Assembly: GCA_965222615.1 (NCBI GenBank)
Contig: CBDCUI010000007.1
Coordinates: 384,001-448,000, forward strand
DNA length: 64,000 nt
Direction of reading: 5' to 3'
Source of the DNA: Gammaproteobacteria bacterium
GTDB taxonomy: Bacteria > Pseudomonadota > Gammaproteobacteria > UBA4575
The notes beneath the pieces were generated by a model. The model ran no database searches. It saw only the letters and a list, made by a program, of their open reading frames with translations, and was not told the origin of the DNA. The position numbers and the translations under genes were made by a program. Positions 1-9,895 of this stretch are shown here, one piece after another; position 1 is the stretch's first letter, and the number at the start of each line of letters is the position of its first letter.

Positions 1-2
1 AA

Positions 3-974
3 GCGGCACAAGCTGCCAATATTGGTAGTACTGCTTTAATACGCGGCTATGGTCGCAACCATGAATTAGAGGCGGATCGTCTTGGTGCAGAATACCTCGC
101 TAATGTTGGCTATGATCCAGAAGAAATGATCAATGTGGTCGAAATCCTCAAAGATCAGGAAGATTTCGATAAACAATTAGCTCAAGAAGAAGGCCGCGAA
201 CCGCGTGCTTATCATGGTACTTTCTCTACTCACCCGGCCAATGACAAACGTCTACAAGAAGTGGTGCGTGCTGCAAATAAAATTCAAACTGCAGCCACGC
301 GTGAAGCAAATCGAGAAAAGTTCTTAAAGTATATGGATGGAGCCGTGTTAGGCACTTCTGAACAAGATGGAGTATTGCGCAGGAATAAATTTTATCATAA
401 TGCTTTAAATTTATATGTTGAGTTCCCACCAGGCTGGAAAGTGCACAACTTGCCTGATCGCTTAATCGCACAGCCCAAGACCGGTGATGCACAATTACAA
501 ATCACTATCGATGATTTAAATAAACGACAGACGCCTAAACAATATTTAACCGAGCAGTTTAAAGGCCAAATCAGTAAAGGCCAGCCTGTGCATACTGCCA
601 GCTTTCAAGGCTATACTGGTTATACCGCTCTAAACACAAAAAGTGGGAAAGTGCCTAGTCGCGTCGCTGCTGTTTTTCAAGGCAAACGTATTTACCAAGT
701 GCTTTTAGCAGGAAAAGATGTTAATGCCTTAAATGCTCATGACGGTGTCGGACTCAATACCATCAAAAGCATGCGTCAACTCAAAAGTAGTGAAGTAAAA
801 CTTGCCAAACCGAAACATATTAAGCTGATTCGTGCCAGACCAGGTGATACTTTTGCATCCTTAGCTAGAAAATCGGATCTTTCAAATCATCCGGTTGAAC
901 AGTTGCGTTTACTCAATGGCATGTATCCCGATGGCGAACCCAAACCAGGGCAACTGATTAAAATCGTTCGATAA
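3..974 (+). CDS. M48 family zinc metalloprotease with C-terminal LysM-like region (5'-truncated by window edge)
   Basis: Frame is open from base 3: GYGRNHELEADRLGAEYL...GYDP and FSTHP motifs of M48 peptidases; C-terminal RPGDTFASLA...LRLLNG LysM-like segment. Confidence 0.85.
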   Translation, partial: AAQAANIGSTALIRGYGRNHELEADRLGAEYLANVGYDPEEMINVVEILKDQEDFDKQLAQEEGREPRAYHGTFSTHPANDKRLQEVVRAANKIQTAATREANREKFLKYMDGAVLGTSEQDGVLRRNKFYHNALNLYVEFPPGWKVHNLPDRLIAQPKTGDAQLQITIDDLNKRQTPKQYLTEQFKGQISKGQPVHTASFQGYTGYTALNTKSGKVPSRVAAVFQGKRIYQVLLAGKDVNALNAHDGVGLNTIKSMRQLKSSEVKLAKPKHIKLIRARPGDTFASLARKSDLSNHPVEQLRLLNGMYPDGEPKPGQLIKIVR

Positions 975-986
975 ATCAGAACTTCC
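971..986 (+). repeat. Right-end remnant of the palindromic repeat family
   Basis: ATAAATCAGAACTTCC is identical to the last 16 nt of the 7361-7507 element and overlaps the M48 stop codon. Confidence 0.6.
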
Positions 987-993
987 ATGACAC

Positions 994-1026
994 AAAAGCG
1001 ACTTTCTAGTAAAGTCGCTTTTTTTT
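994..1026 (+). terminator. Intrinsic terminator
   Basis: AAAAGCGACTTT-ctagt-AAAGTCGCTTTT hairpin followed by a T run. Confidence 0.8.
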
Positions 1027-1041
1027 ATCTCATTAAAAACT

Positions 1042-1932
1042 GTGTCGAATAATGTCTATTTAGTAGATTCCAGTATTTATGTGTTTCGTGCATGGTTCAC
1101 TATACCCGATCATGTCGTGAACAAAGATAACGAGCCTGTCAATGCGGTATATGGTTTTGCCGATTTCGTATTTCAATTTTTACAACAAGCTAAACCTCAA
1201 TATGTAGGTTTTGCATTCGATGAAAGTCTAAGCTCATCGTTTCGCAATGAGTTATATCCTGAATACAAAGCCAATCGCGAACCAGCACCAGAAGAATTAA
1301 AACGACAATTTAAATATTGCCGAGAATTTATCGTAGCACTTGGAATTTGTGAAATTGGCAGCCCGCATTATGAAGCTGATGACTTAATTGGCACACTTGC
1401 TGAACGCATGCGCGGCAAAGGACATAACATAACCATCCTTACCTCGGACAAAGATCTTGCTCAACTAATCAAGGAAGATGACGTGTTTTGGAATTTCGCT
1501 AAAGGCGAGCGACACTCCATTCCGCAAATCAAAAAACAATTTGGGGTATATCCAAACCAAATAGCAGATCAACTCGCAATTGCCGGTGATAGTGTAGACA
1601 ACATTCCTGGTGTACCAGGCATAGGCATGGCCACTGCCGCCAAACTACTAAATAAATTTTCTAGTCTGGATGAGTTATTAAACAACATACATAAAATTAG
1701 CGAAATGAAAATTCGAGGCGCAAAACGCATTCAAGGATTGATTGATAATTACCAAGAAGAACTACTCTTATACAGAAAGCTTACAGGGATTGAATGTGAA
1801 GCCAAGCTATCCGATAGCGTTAAGTTAAAAAGAAAGCAGCCTGACTTTACAATGTTGAATCAGCTATTTGAACAATTGGATTTTGGTAATTTTCGTAAAG
1901 AAAAATGGATGAGATTTTTAAAAACCGCCTAA
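1042..1932 (+). CDS. Stand-alone 5'-3' exonuclease / flap endonuclease (Xni/PolA N-terminal-like)
   Basis: LVDSSIYVFRA, YKANR, YEADDLIGTL, SDKDLAQL and GDSVDNIPGVPGIG motifs; no polymerase domain. Confidence 0.9.
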   Translation: MSNNVYLVDSSIYVFRAWFTIPDHVVNKDNEPVNAVYGFADFVFQFLQQAKPQYVGFAFDESLSSSFRNELYPEYKANREPAPEELKRQFKYCREFIVALGICEIGSPHYEADDLIGTLAERMRGKGHNITILTSDKDLAQLIKEDDVFWNFAKGERHSIPQIKKQFGVYPNQIADQLAIAGDSVDNIPGVPGIGMATAAKLLNKFSSLDELLNNIHKISEMKIRGAKRIQGLIDNYQEELLLYRKLTGIECEAKLSDSVKLKRKQPDFTMLNQLFEQLDFGNFRKEKWMRFLKTA

Positions 1933-2490
1933 ATGGCAAAGCTAATTCTATTTAACAAACCTTTTGGTGTACTCAGTCAATTCACGGATAGCCAAAATCA
2001 TGGCGAAAACCGTCGGCAAACTCTGGCAAATTATATCGATATTCCTAATGTTTACGCGGCTGGGCGATTAGACAAAGATAGCGAGGGTTTATTACTGCTT
2101 ACCGATGACGGCAAATTACAACAACGCATTAGTGATCCAAAATTTAAACTCACTAAACACTATTGGGTGCAGGTGGAAGGTAAGCCCGGCAATGAAACCT
2201 TACAAGCATTGCAAACAGGTGTAATACTAAAAGATGCTATGACTCTCCCAGCAGAAGTAAAGCTTATAGATGAACCCAATAATTTATGGGAGCGCAATCC
2301 ACCTATACGGTTTCGAAAGACAGTCTCTACCCAGTGGTTGAAGATCGTCATTCGCGAGGGTCGTAATCGTCAGGTACGTCGCATGACTGCCGCAGTAAAC
2401 TACCCTACACTGCGTTTAATACGTTATCGAATTGGCCAGTGGAAAATAAATGACTTGCTACCAGGTCAACACAAAATTATTCACGTATAA
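1933..2490 (+). CDS. rluE: 23S rRNA pseudouridine synthase E
   Basis: LFNKPFGVLSQFTD, GRLDKDSEGLLLLT and EGRNRQVRRMTAAV; short form without S4 domain. Confidence 0.85.
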   Translation: MAKLILFNKPFGVLSQFTDSQNHGENRRQTLANYIDIPNVYAAGRLDKDSEGLLLLTDDGKLQQRISDPKFKLTKHYWVQVEGKPGNETLQALQTGVILKDAMTLPAEVKLIDEPNNLWERNPPIRFRKTVSTQWLKIVIREGRNRQVRRMTAAVNYPTLRLIRYRIGQWKINDLLPGQHKIIHV

Positions 2491-2502
2491 ATTGTTACTA
2501 GT

Positions 2503-3375
2503 ATGGATCTGCATGATTTAGAAATTAATCTAAACAAAAACTCAAATCACAATATCAAGGTACGTAACATTACTCCTGTAGCAGGCGGTGATATTTGCAG
2601 CGCTTATGAGATTGAAAGTCAATCGACATTCTATTTTTTGAAAACACATCAACCTCATATGTACGATATGCTGCAATGCGAAGCTACAAACCTTTCGGCT
2701 ATTGCAGAAACTAAAGAAATAAAGACGCCTCAAGTTATTTCCTGCGGGAAAACTACAAGCTATAGTTTTTTATTACTTGAATATCTAGAACTCATCCCTA
2801 CGGGTTCACACGCAGCATTGGGAATTGGATTGGCTAAATTACACCAACATTGTGCAGATTTTTTTGGTTGGCAACAAAATAATTGGATTGGGGCAAGCAC
2901 ACAACCCAATAAAAAAAATGATAACTGGATTTCGTTTTGGCGTGATATGCGTTTAGGACACCAGCTTGAGTTAGCGAAGTCAAATCATGCTCCACATACT
3001 TTAATACAAAACTGTGAAAAATTATTGCATAACTTTGCTTTATTATTTACAAACTATCAACCAAAGCCCAGTTTACTGCATGGTGATTTATGGTCCGGCA
3101 ACTTTGCCTTTATTAAAGAAGGCGTTCCGGTTATTTATGACCCGGCAAGTTATTATGGTGATCATGAAGCAGATTTAGCAATGACTGAATTATTTGGCGG
3201 TTTTGATCAAGATTTTTACAGCGCCTACAATGAGCACTTTGCTATCGATGAGGACTATAGTGTGCGTAAAGATTTTTACAATCTTTATCATATTTTAAAT
3301 CACTTCAATTTGTTCGGCAGCGGCTATGCTGCTCAAGCTGAAAGGCTTTGCCTAAAAGTATTAAGCGAAATTTAA
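2503..3375 (+). CDS. Fructosamine kinase family protein
   Basis: GGDIC, FGWQQNNWIG, LLHGDLWSGN and DPASYYGDHEADLAM. Confidence 0.9.
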   Translation: MDLHDLEINLNKNSNHNIKVRNITPVAGGDICSAYEIESQSTFYFLKTHQPHMYDMLQCEATNLSAIAETKEIKTPQVISCGKTTSYSFLLLEYLELIPTGSHAALGIGLAKLHQHCADFFGWQQNNWIGASTQPNKKNDNWISFWRDMRLGHQLELAKSNHAPHTLIQNCEKLLHNFALLFTNYQPKPSLLHGDLWSGNFAFIKEGVPVIYDPASYYGDHEADLAMTELFGGFDQDFYSAYNEHFAIDEDYSVRKDFYNLYHILNHFNLFGSGYAAQAERLCLKVLSEI

Positions 3376-4040
3376 GTTGTCACTTGTTCTACAGGTAATC
3401 CCTCTAATTTCCATTCAGGAAATCCATCTTCCAAACGACGTGCCTTGTAGCCTTTAGAGCGTAATTGCTGAACGGCTTCAAACGCTAAAATACAATGTGG
3501 TCCACGACAATATGCAACGATTTCTTTCTTTCGAGGTAATTTCTTAAGTTCTTTTTTTAATTCTGATAATTGGATGTTGATTGCACGTGGAAGATGACCA
3601 GATTCAAATTCTTGTTCGGGTCGCACATCTAGAACGGTCACGGTTCCTTTGCGTGCGCGCTTAAGTAATTCTTCTCTTGATACGGGCTCTAAATCATCTT
3701 TTGATGATAAAAATTTTGAAGTTAATACCTGAATTTCAGCTAAGTTCTCTTCGGCAATTTTTCGTAGTAATGCCAATAGCGCAACTACAGAATAATCACT
3801 TAAACGGTAATAAGACCTTTGCCCTTCGGCCCTAGACTTGACCAGTCCCGAACGTCGCAAACCCTGTAGGTGCTGAGAGGTATTGGCAACAGTAAGCCCG
3901 GTGACCTTGGCAAGCTCCTCAACACTGCGCTCCCCTTGAGCTAAAAATTCCAGCAATTCCAAGCGGTTACCATTACTGAGTGATTTACCCACCAGGGCAA
4001 AATGGGCAAATAATTCCTTCTTGAATGTATTCGGTAGCAT
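3372..4040 (-). CDS. ArsR/SmtB regulator fused to a rhodanese domain
   Basis: N-terminal RLELLEFLAQGERSVEELA...SQHLQ HTH; C-terminal LDVRP..EFESGHLP and YCRGPHC rhodanese. Confidence 0.9.
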   Translation of the reverse strand: MLPNTFKKELFAHFALVGKSLSNGNRLELLEFLAQGERSVEELAKVTGLTVANTSQHLQGLRRSGLVKSRAEGQRSYYRLSDYSVVALLALLRKIAEENLAEIQVLTSKFLSSKDDLEPVSREELLKRARKGTVTVLDVRPEQEFESGHLPRAINIQLSELKKELKKLPRKKEIVAYCRGPHCILAFEAVQQLRSKGYKARRLEDGFPEWKLEGLPVEQVTT

Positions 4041-4052
4041 ACTATATAATAT

Positions 4053-4074
4053 TATTCAATTGATCTATTGAATA
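4053..4074. promoter_or_regulatory. Palindromic operator, probably for the ArsR-rhodanese regulator
   Basis: Perfect TATTCAAT-N6-ATTGAATA inverted repeat in the divergent intergenic region. Confidence 0.65.
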
Positions 4075-4162
4075 TTTTAAAATATTTTGAGCCCGAATAC
4101 AAATCGTTATCAAAACTTGTCACAAAGTTAACAGGGAATAACTCAACTAAGAGCAATTAGCA

Positions 4163-5029
4163 GTGCAGGTAACCGAATTTATTACTCATTATGAAACGGG
4201 CATTCGCCTTGCCTTCTTCTTTGGTATGTTTGGAATTATGGCGGTGTGGGAAATAATTACACCGCGGCGGGCGCTTAGCGTTTCAAAAAGTATACGTTGG
4301 CTAAATAATCTCGGCATTATAGTTCTTAATACTGTAATTTTGCGTTTACTATTTCCAGCGGCCGCTGTGGGTATGGCTGCATTAGCTGAAACTCAGAGTT
4401 GGGGCCTGTTGAATTATTTTCAAATTCCATATTGGATTGCTGTAATTGCTTCGGTAATCATTATGGATGCGGTAATTTATTTCCAACATGTATTAGTACA
4501 TGCAGTCCCTATTTTATGGCGCTTGCATCGAGTACATCATGCCGATCTCGATTTTGATGTGACCACTGGATTACGCTTCCACCCGATTGAAATAATCATT
4601 TCCATGCTGATTAAGTTTGCAACAATCATTCTACTTGGCGCACCGATTATTGCGGTTGTTATTTTTGAAGTGCTGTTAAATGCTACCAGTATGTTCAATC
4701 ATGGAAACGTACGTATCCCTCAAGGTGTAGACCGTCTACTTCGCTGGTTTGTAGTGACACCAGATATGCACCGTGTCCACCACTCGGTTGAAGACGATGA
4801 AACAAATAGTAATTTCGGTTTTAACTTACCGTGGTGGGACCGATTGTTTGGCACTTATCGCGATCAACCTCGTACAGAACACAAACTAATGGCTATCGGT
4901 ATTAACACTTTTCGTGATCGTCAACACTGCACTTGGTTACCCGGTATGTTGGCGTTACCGTTTATAGGAAAAATTACCAACTACACAATTAATCGTCGTC
5001 AGTGGCTTGCTTCCAATAAACAAAACTAA
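4163..5029 (+). CDS. Sterol desaturase / fatty acid hydroxylase family membrane protein
   Basis: Histidine boxes HVLVH, HRVHH, NHGN, HRVHH; SNFGFNLPWWDRLFGT. Confidence 0.9.
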   Translation: MQVTEFITHYETGIRLAFFFGMFGIMAVWEIITPRRALSVSKSIRWLNNLGIIVLNTVILRLLFPAAAVGMAALAETQSWGLLNYFQIPYWIAVIASVIIMDAVIYFQHVLVHAVPILWRLHRVHHADLDFDVTTGLRFHPIEIIISMLIKFATIILLGAPIIAVVIFEVLLNATSMFNHGNVRIPQGVDRLLRWFVVTPDMHRVHHSVEDDETNSNFGFNLPWWDRLFGTYRDQPRTEHKLMAIGINTFRDRQHCTWLPGMLALPFIGKITNYTINRRQWLASNKQN

Positions 5030-5073
5030 ATTTTTTCATGCCAACTAAATAATAAAAATTAAGGAATAAAATT

Positions 5074-5436
5074 ATGGCAAATATATTTATGAAATCTTCA
5101 TGGGGCAGCGATAACCCAACCAATGCTGAAATGGTGTTTGGGCACGGTAACGCCCTAGCGAATGCTGGTCACGAAGTGCGAATATTTCTGCTTGGTGAGG
5201 CAGTAACCCTGGTGCGACCTGCTGTACGCGAAAATCTAATTCCTGTTGGATGGCCTTCTGTAGCAACGCAGTGGAACGAAAGCATTGAACTCGGGGTGCG
5301 GATCGAATGTTGTGGAGCCTGTTCTCGAGCCCGTGGTCTAACCGAACAAAATATTGCAAATGCGGGTGCTTTTATTGGAACTCCTGAATCGTTCGTTGAA
5401 GACATTGAGTGGTCAGATAAAATCATCACTGAATAA
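5074..5436 (+). CDS. DsrE family sulfur-relay protein
   Basis: GHEVRIFLLGEAV and CGACSRARGL; about 120 aa. Confidence 0.8.
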   Translation: MANIFMKSSWGSDNPTNAEMVFGHGNALANAGHEVRIFLLGEAVTLVRPAVRENLIPVGWPSVATQWNESIELGVRIECCGACSRARGLTEQNIANAGAFIGTPESFVEDIEWSDKIITE

Positions 5437-5574
5437 ACTGCATCTTTGTCAGTAAGCTGATGAGCAGTCAAGTTATTGCTCACAATATTTATTAGATTTT
5501 AAGCGCAACTCACTAGCGTTAGCTTAAAAGCATATCCGCAATCACTCAACAGTGATCGTTGTATCAACTATTAT

Positions 5575-6003
5575 TCACTGAAAAGCATGCCTTACATCAA
5601 TTAGTAAAGATGTCATTAAAAAAGAACTGCCTTGAATTTGAAAACTTCCATCTTTGATTGGATATTTTTTTTCTAATAAGTCTCGTGTGTTGCTATCGAG
5701 ATCATCTAAATCTACTACCTTCATGCTCCAATCGATAAACTCAGGTTTTATAATATCTTTATAATCAATCAACTCAACATCATGGTGTCGATCATCCTGA
5801 ATAATTTTGGAGTAGATTCGATTAACAAACTTTGGAATACCCTCTAGAACTTGAAGAAATCGACCATCTGATACAATTAACAACCCGCATATACCGTAGC
5901 GTCTATTATTGTTTGCTGATTGATTTTCTAAATATGCAAGGGAATCAGAATTTAGTACTTTAGCTTCTGCGATGCTTCGGTAAATTAAACGACATGGGTT
6001 CAT
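5575..6003 (-). CDS. Stand-alone BLUF blue-light photoreceptor
   Basis: LIYRS, NN..GICGLL, FLQVLEG, DDRH and F.DWSM; conserved Tyr/Gln/Trp-Met; ATG at 6003 preferred over TTG at 6015. Confidence 0.9.
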   Translation of the reverse strand: MNPCRLIYRSIAEAKVLNSDSLAYLENQSANNNRRYGICGLLIVSDGRFLQVLEGIPKFVNRIYSKIIQDDRHHDVELIDYKDIIKPEFIDWSMKVVDLDDLDSNTRDLLEKKYPIKDGSFQIQGSSFLMTSLLIDVRHAFQ

Positions 6004-6121
6004 AAAAAGATCCAACCATAATTTTACTCATTTTCTCATGATTTATATCAATTTTAAATGACAATTTGATTGTGATTTTATTGATTAGAATAAGTATAAA
6101 CCATAGCTTATGAACATCCTT

Positions 6122-7225
6122 TCACTGCTTAGCTCCTAGATCTATTGCGCGCTTTTTAATTGCTTCTTTGTCACTTAAGTCCTTAGTTTCTACAGAGCTT
6201 TCCGGCCAGCCTTGTATGTGCTGCAATATAATATTTGCTAGGGCTTCGATGTGCGCCGGTTCGACATTTAATGCAGGAATATAGTTAAACGATTCACCAC
6301 CACTTTGTAAGAAGACATCACGGTTTTCTATACTTATTTCTTCAAGCGTCTCTATGCAGTCCGCTGAAAAACCGGGACAAAATACATCTATGGACTTAAT
6401 GCCTTCACTGGGCAGTTTTGCCATAGTTTTAATGGTGTAGGGCTGCAACCATTCTGCTTTACCAAAGCGTGACTGAAAAGTAAGTTGCCACTCTTCATTT
6501 TTTAAGTTTAATTTTTTTGCAATCAATCGTGCGGTTTGATGGCATTCACAATGATATGGGTCTCCTTGCAATAAGTTTCGTTTTGGCAAACCATGAAAAG
6601 AAAAAATTAATCTTTGGCTACGTTCGTGTTGCTGCCAATGGTTTTGTATTTGCATTGCACAAGCATTGATATAGCCTTCATCTGCACCATAATTATTTAT
6701 CATACGCAACTCAGGCGTCCAACGCTGTTGCATGAGTTCTTTAGCCACTGCATCAAACGTTGAAGCCGTGGTACTTGCAGAATATTGTGGATACAGTGGT
6801 AGCACTAGTATCCGTCTCGCATTAACTTTTTTCAGTCTATTTAGTCCTGACTGGATTGAAGGCTTGCCATAACGCATTGCTAACTCTACTTGTATAGGTC
6901 CTGGAACTACTTTATCTAAGGCTAGTTGCAATGCAGCTCGCTGCTGCTTACTGATGACTAATAAAGGTGATCCTTGTTCAGTCCAAATCTTTTTATAGTC
7001 TTCTGCTTTCTTACTAGGCCGTGTTCGTAAAACAATTCCATGTAGAATCAACCACCATAATGGTCTTGGAATTTCAACAACTCGTGGATCCCATAAAAAC
7101 TCAGCTAAATATTTTCTTATCGCTTGAGTGCTGGCTTCCTCAGGTGTACCTAGATTGGTAATTAGCACGCCAAGACAGGTATCACTAGCATGGATATAAT
7201 CTGATTGGCCCTGAAATTTAGGCAT
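6122..7225 (-). CDS. hemH: Ferrochelatase
   Basis: NLGTP, LPLYPQYS, FSFHGLP, FQSRFG..EWLQPYT and DCIETLEEI. Confidence 0.97.
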   Translation of the reverse strand: MPKFQGQSDYIHASDTCLGVLITNLGTPEEASTQAIRKYLAEFLWDPRVVEIPRPLWWLILHGIVLRTRPSKKAEDYKKIWTEQGSPLLVISKQQRAALQLALDKVVPGPIQVELAMRYGKPSIQSGLNRLKKVNARRILVLPLYPQYSASTTASTFDAVAKELMQQRWTPELRMINNYGADEGYINACAMQIQNHWQQHERSQRLIFSFHGLPKRNLLQGDPYHCECHQTARLIAKKLNLKNEEWQLTFQSRFGKAEWLQPYTIKTMAKLPSEGIKSIDVFCPGFSADCIETLEEISIENRDVFLQSGGESFNYIPALNVEPAHIEALANIILQHIQGWPESSVETKDLSDKEAIKKRAIDLGAKQ

Positions 7226-7360
7226 ATGAACAGATAAAACTTTTAAGGCTAGATATTCAAGTCAAAGACAGTCTAATGTAAAGCGTTAGTTGGGTAACGT
7301 ATTCAACTAGAGAGTAACCCAAACCGCTTTAAAATGCGATCTAAGAGTCTAAGTACTACA

Positions 7361-7507
7361 GGAAGTTCTGATTTATTAATGGAATGGCTGAGATTAGGCA
7401 AAATGATTTCGAAAAAGCGGAGTGTATAAGGTACATACATGAGCATTTTGAGAAATCATTACTAATTCATCTTTTTTTGGGACATATCAGAATAAATCAG
7501 AACTTCC
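7361..7507 (+). repeat. Full-length ERIC/RPE-like palindromic element (MITE-like)
   Basis: Perfect 17-bp terminal inverted repeat GGAAGTTCTGATTTATT / AATAAATCAGAACTTCC; internal AGGC..GCGGAGTGTA..TACATGAGC core. Confidence 0.85.
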
Positions 7508-7527
7508 CACACAAAACGGATGCGATC

Positions 7528-8118
7528 TTACATCAACTTACTTAAGCGTTCATGCAATGGGCTAGTACGCGGGAAATGCGCCAATAAAAACTTCATTTGA
7601 TCCGCCAATACTCGTCGACCTTGCAGATAAATATATTCGGCATGTGTGGGTGTAAAGGGTATGGCTAGTAATTGCATACCGGACTGTTCGGGTGTTCTGC
7701 CAGCCTTATGATTATTGCAACGTTTGCACGCCGTAACGACGTTATTCCATTCATCTGTACCGCCGAGGCTCAAGGGTCGAATATGATCACGCGATAAATC
7801 ACGTCGGTCAAAACGTTCGCCACAATACAGACAGAGATTCGCATCACGTTTAAACAGTGCACGATTATTTAAAGGTGGAACATAGCTCTCGCGTAGAGAT
7901 CGGTTGCTACCATAGGTAGCGATAATGGAGTGCACGGCAATCTCACTGCGGATACCACTTAGCGCATTGATACCTCCATGTATTACGTATAACGGCTCAC
8001 CGCATGTATAAGCAACTTGTTCACCATGATATAACTTAGCGGCATCTTGATAATTTACCCACTCCATCGGCATCCCCGATACATCTGTACGCAGTACTTG
8101 TAGGCTTAAATCACTCAC
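7528..8118 (-). CDS. HNH endonuclease (McrA-like, stand-alone)
   Basis: RD..CLYCG, SRDHIRP..GG.DEWNNVVTACKRCNNHKA. Confidence 0.9.
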   Translation of the reverse strand: MSDLSLQVLRTDVSGMPMEWVNYQDAAKLYHGEQVAYTCGEPLYVIHGGINALSGIRSEIAVHSIIATYGSNRSLRESYVPPLNNRALFKRDANLCLYCGERFDRRDLSRDHIRPLSLGGTDEWNNVVTACKRCNNHKAGRTPEQSGMQLLAIPFTPTHAEYIYLQGRRVLADQMKFLLAHFPRTSPLHERLSKLM

Positions 8119-8294
8119 TAAGTTCTCCAGCTAACCCTATATTCAACTGTATCGGTAAATGATAGTTGAATGCAATTATAGATTTGACCACAGAATTGCT
8201 GCAGAATTCTTAAAACCTTGATATATATGAGGATGCATAGGTTAATCTGTATACGCGGTCTTATTATGGATACGAGTTGCATTGATAAATGCTC

Positions 8295-9248
8295 TTATTG
8301 GCTAGTTTGATTACCACCTTCACTACTAGCGCGAGCAAGTGCAGCCTGGGTACGAGCAATAAGAAGGTCAGCATAATCTTCCGCAGCCATTTCAGCTACT
8401 CCAATTGACACCGTGAACTTTTCACTAATCCTTTCATCATTTAATACAATTTGTTTAACTGCATTATGTAAGCGGTTTGATACATTCAACGCCTGACTTT
8501 CATCCGTACCAATCAATATCAAAGCCATACAGCCTTCATCAATTTTAACTGCCATATCCATGCCTCGTAATTCGATTTGTACAGCATTGGCAATGGCTTG
8601 AAAAATTTTATTGGCAGTGTACTGGCCATAAGTATTTGCTAAATTTTGAAATCGATCAACTTCTAGCATTAGCATGGTAAGTGTACGATTTCGCATGGAG
8701 CAACGTGTCATCTCATAGGGTAATGTTTCCTTCAGCCATTGCTTAGTGTACATCCCTGTGAATTCATCTTTATCCGCTTTAATACTATTGCGTTCTTCTT
8801 CACGTAATTGCTGATACACAAGCCGATTGAGATCAAGCATGCGTTTGACAAAAAGCTTCATTAGGTTACGCGCAAAATTTATATCGGTTGATATAAATTC
8901 CCATAAAAGTTTTTCCGGGATCTCTAGGACTTTGCAATCGTTTTGTGCTTTGACAAACGCGCTCACAGGTTGCCCACCAATGACTGACATCTCACCTACA
9001 GTATCGCCCGGATTAAGTGTTACTACTGCAGGCGCTTCTTCGTGTAGATGTAAGCCTAGATGGCCATCTACAATTACGAACATGGAATGGTTATTTTGAT
9101 CTTTATAGAGCAGCAACTCACCAGCTTTGAGAATTTTGCTATTGCAATTGGCAAGTAGCCCCGCACACTGCTCCAAATCTACCGCACCAAAAAGACCCAA
9201 ACGTGACAGGGTCGATAAACTTCGAGTATCTCCACGCGCAATAGTCAC
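8295..9248 (-). CDS. Cyclic-nucleotide-binding domain plus degenerate GGDEF domain
   Basis: cNMP motifs GELL, GDTVGEMS, SAFVKA; GGDEF scaffold DEFTG, EVDRF and TVSIGVA, but the active site reads DEGCM. Confidence 0.85.
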   Translation of the reverse strand: MTIARGDTRSLSTLSRLGLFGAVDLEQCAGLLANCNSKILKAGELLLYKDQNNHSMFVIVDGHLGLHLHEEAPAVVTLNPGDTVGEMSVIGGQPVSAFVKAQNDCKVLEIPEKLLWEFISTDINFARNLMKLFVKRMLDLNRLVYQQLREEERNSIKADKDEFTGMYTKQWLKETLPYEMTRCSMRNRTLTMLMLEVDRFQNLANTYGQYTANKIFQAIANAVQIELRGMDMAVKIDEGCMALILIGTDESQALNVSNRLHNAVKQIVLNDERISEKFTVSIGVAEMAAEDYADLLIARTQAALARASSEGGNQTSQ

Positions 9249-9379
9249 AGATAAGAAGGCATCTACTTATAGCAATACTGTACTTTAGCTGAATGGCTAT
9301 TCAATAGGAAATTCTTCTAGGATAGCGAGTATTACAGCACTGATAACTGTTAATGTCAGCTTTTGTCTTTATCTATGTT

Positions 9380-9895
9380 TCAATTACTGGGCTTCTTATC
9401 ACGGCTTTTTTTATATGGTCGGTCTTTAGCAATATCTCGTTGCTGAGCCCGCTGCTTCCATTTTTTTCTGGCTTGTTTTCGTTGCTCAGGAGTCATATTT
9501 TTCCATCGCTGACGTAATCTTTGTCTTTGCTCAGGTGTCAGGCTTTGAAACCATTTATAGCGTTCACGAATTTTTTTACGTTGCTCAGGGGGTAATTGCT
9601 CAAATCGCTTAAAACGATCGCGAACCTGCTGTTTTTGCTGTGGATTAAGAGATTTCCATTTTCGCATTTTATGCTTGGCACGAGCACGCTGTTCTGGTGT
9701 CATTGACAACCATCGTTTAGCCCCACGTGCAAGTTTGTGTTGCTTTTCCACTGACAATTCTGACCAGCGCCCTTCAAAGCGTTTTAATATTTTTTGCTGC
9801 TCACTGCTGAGATCGTTCCATTGAATTACATCACCTTGTGCATAGCTCAATGCACAAAATAACAACAGCAATAAGCAAGTAAAAATTTTATTCAT
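9380..9895 (-). CDS. DUF3106-like exported protein with W..L.PEQ repeats
   Basis: Signal peptide from ATG 9895 (MNKIFTCLLL); repeated WNDLSSEQ / WLSMTPEQ / WKNMTPEQ. Confidence 0.8.
   Translation of the reverse strand: MNKIFTCLLLLLFCALSYAQGDVIQWNDLSSEQQKILKRFEGRWSELSVEKQHKLARGAKRWLSMTPEQRARAKHKMRKWKSLNPQQKQQVRDRFKRFEQLPPEQRKKIRERYKWFQSLTPEQRQRLRQRWKNMTPEQRKQARKKWKQRAQQRDIAKDRPYKKSRDKKPSN

Noticed and set aside
7528-8118. HNH nuclease as a Cas9/IscB-like effector or as the mobiliser of the adjacent repeat
   Set aside because: Short stand-alone McrA-like protein with no RuvC motifs; the other repeat copies are not linked to it, so adjacency to one copy is weak evidence
8141-8171. Inverted repeat ATTCAACT...AGTTGAAT upstream of the HNH gene
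   Set aside because: Single short AT-rich palindrome with no second instance or candidate regulator
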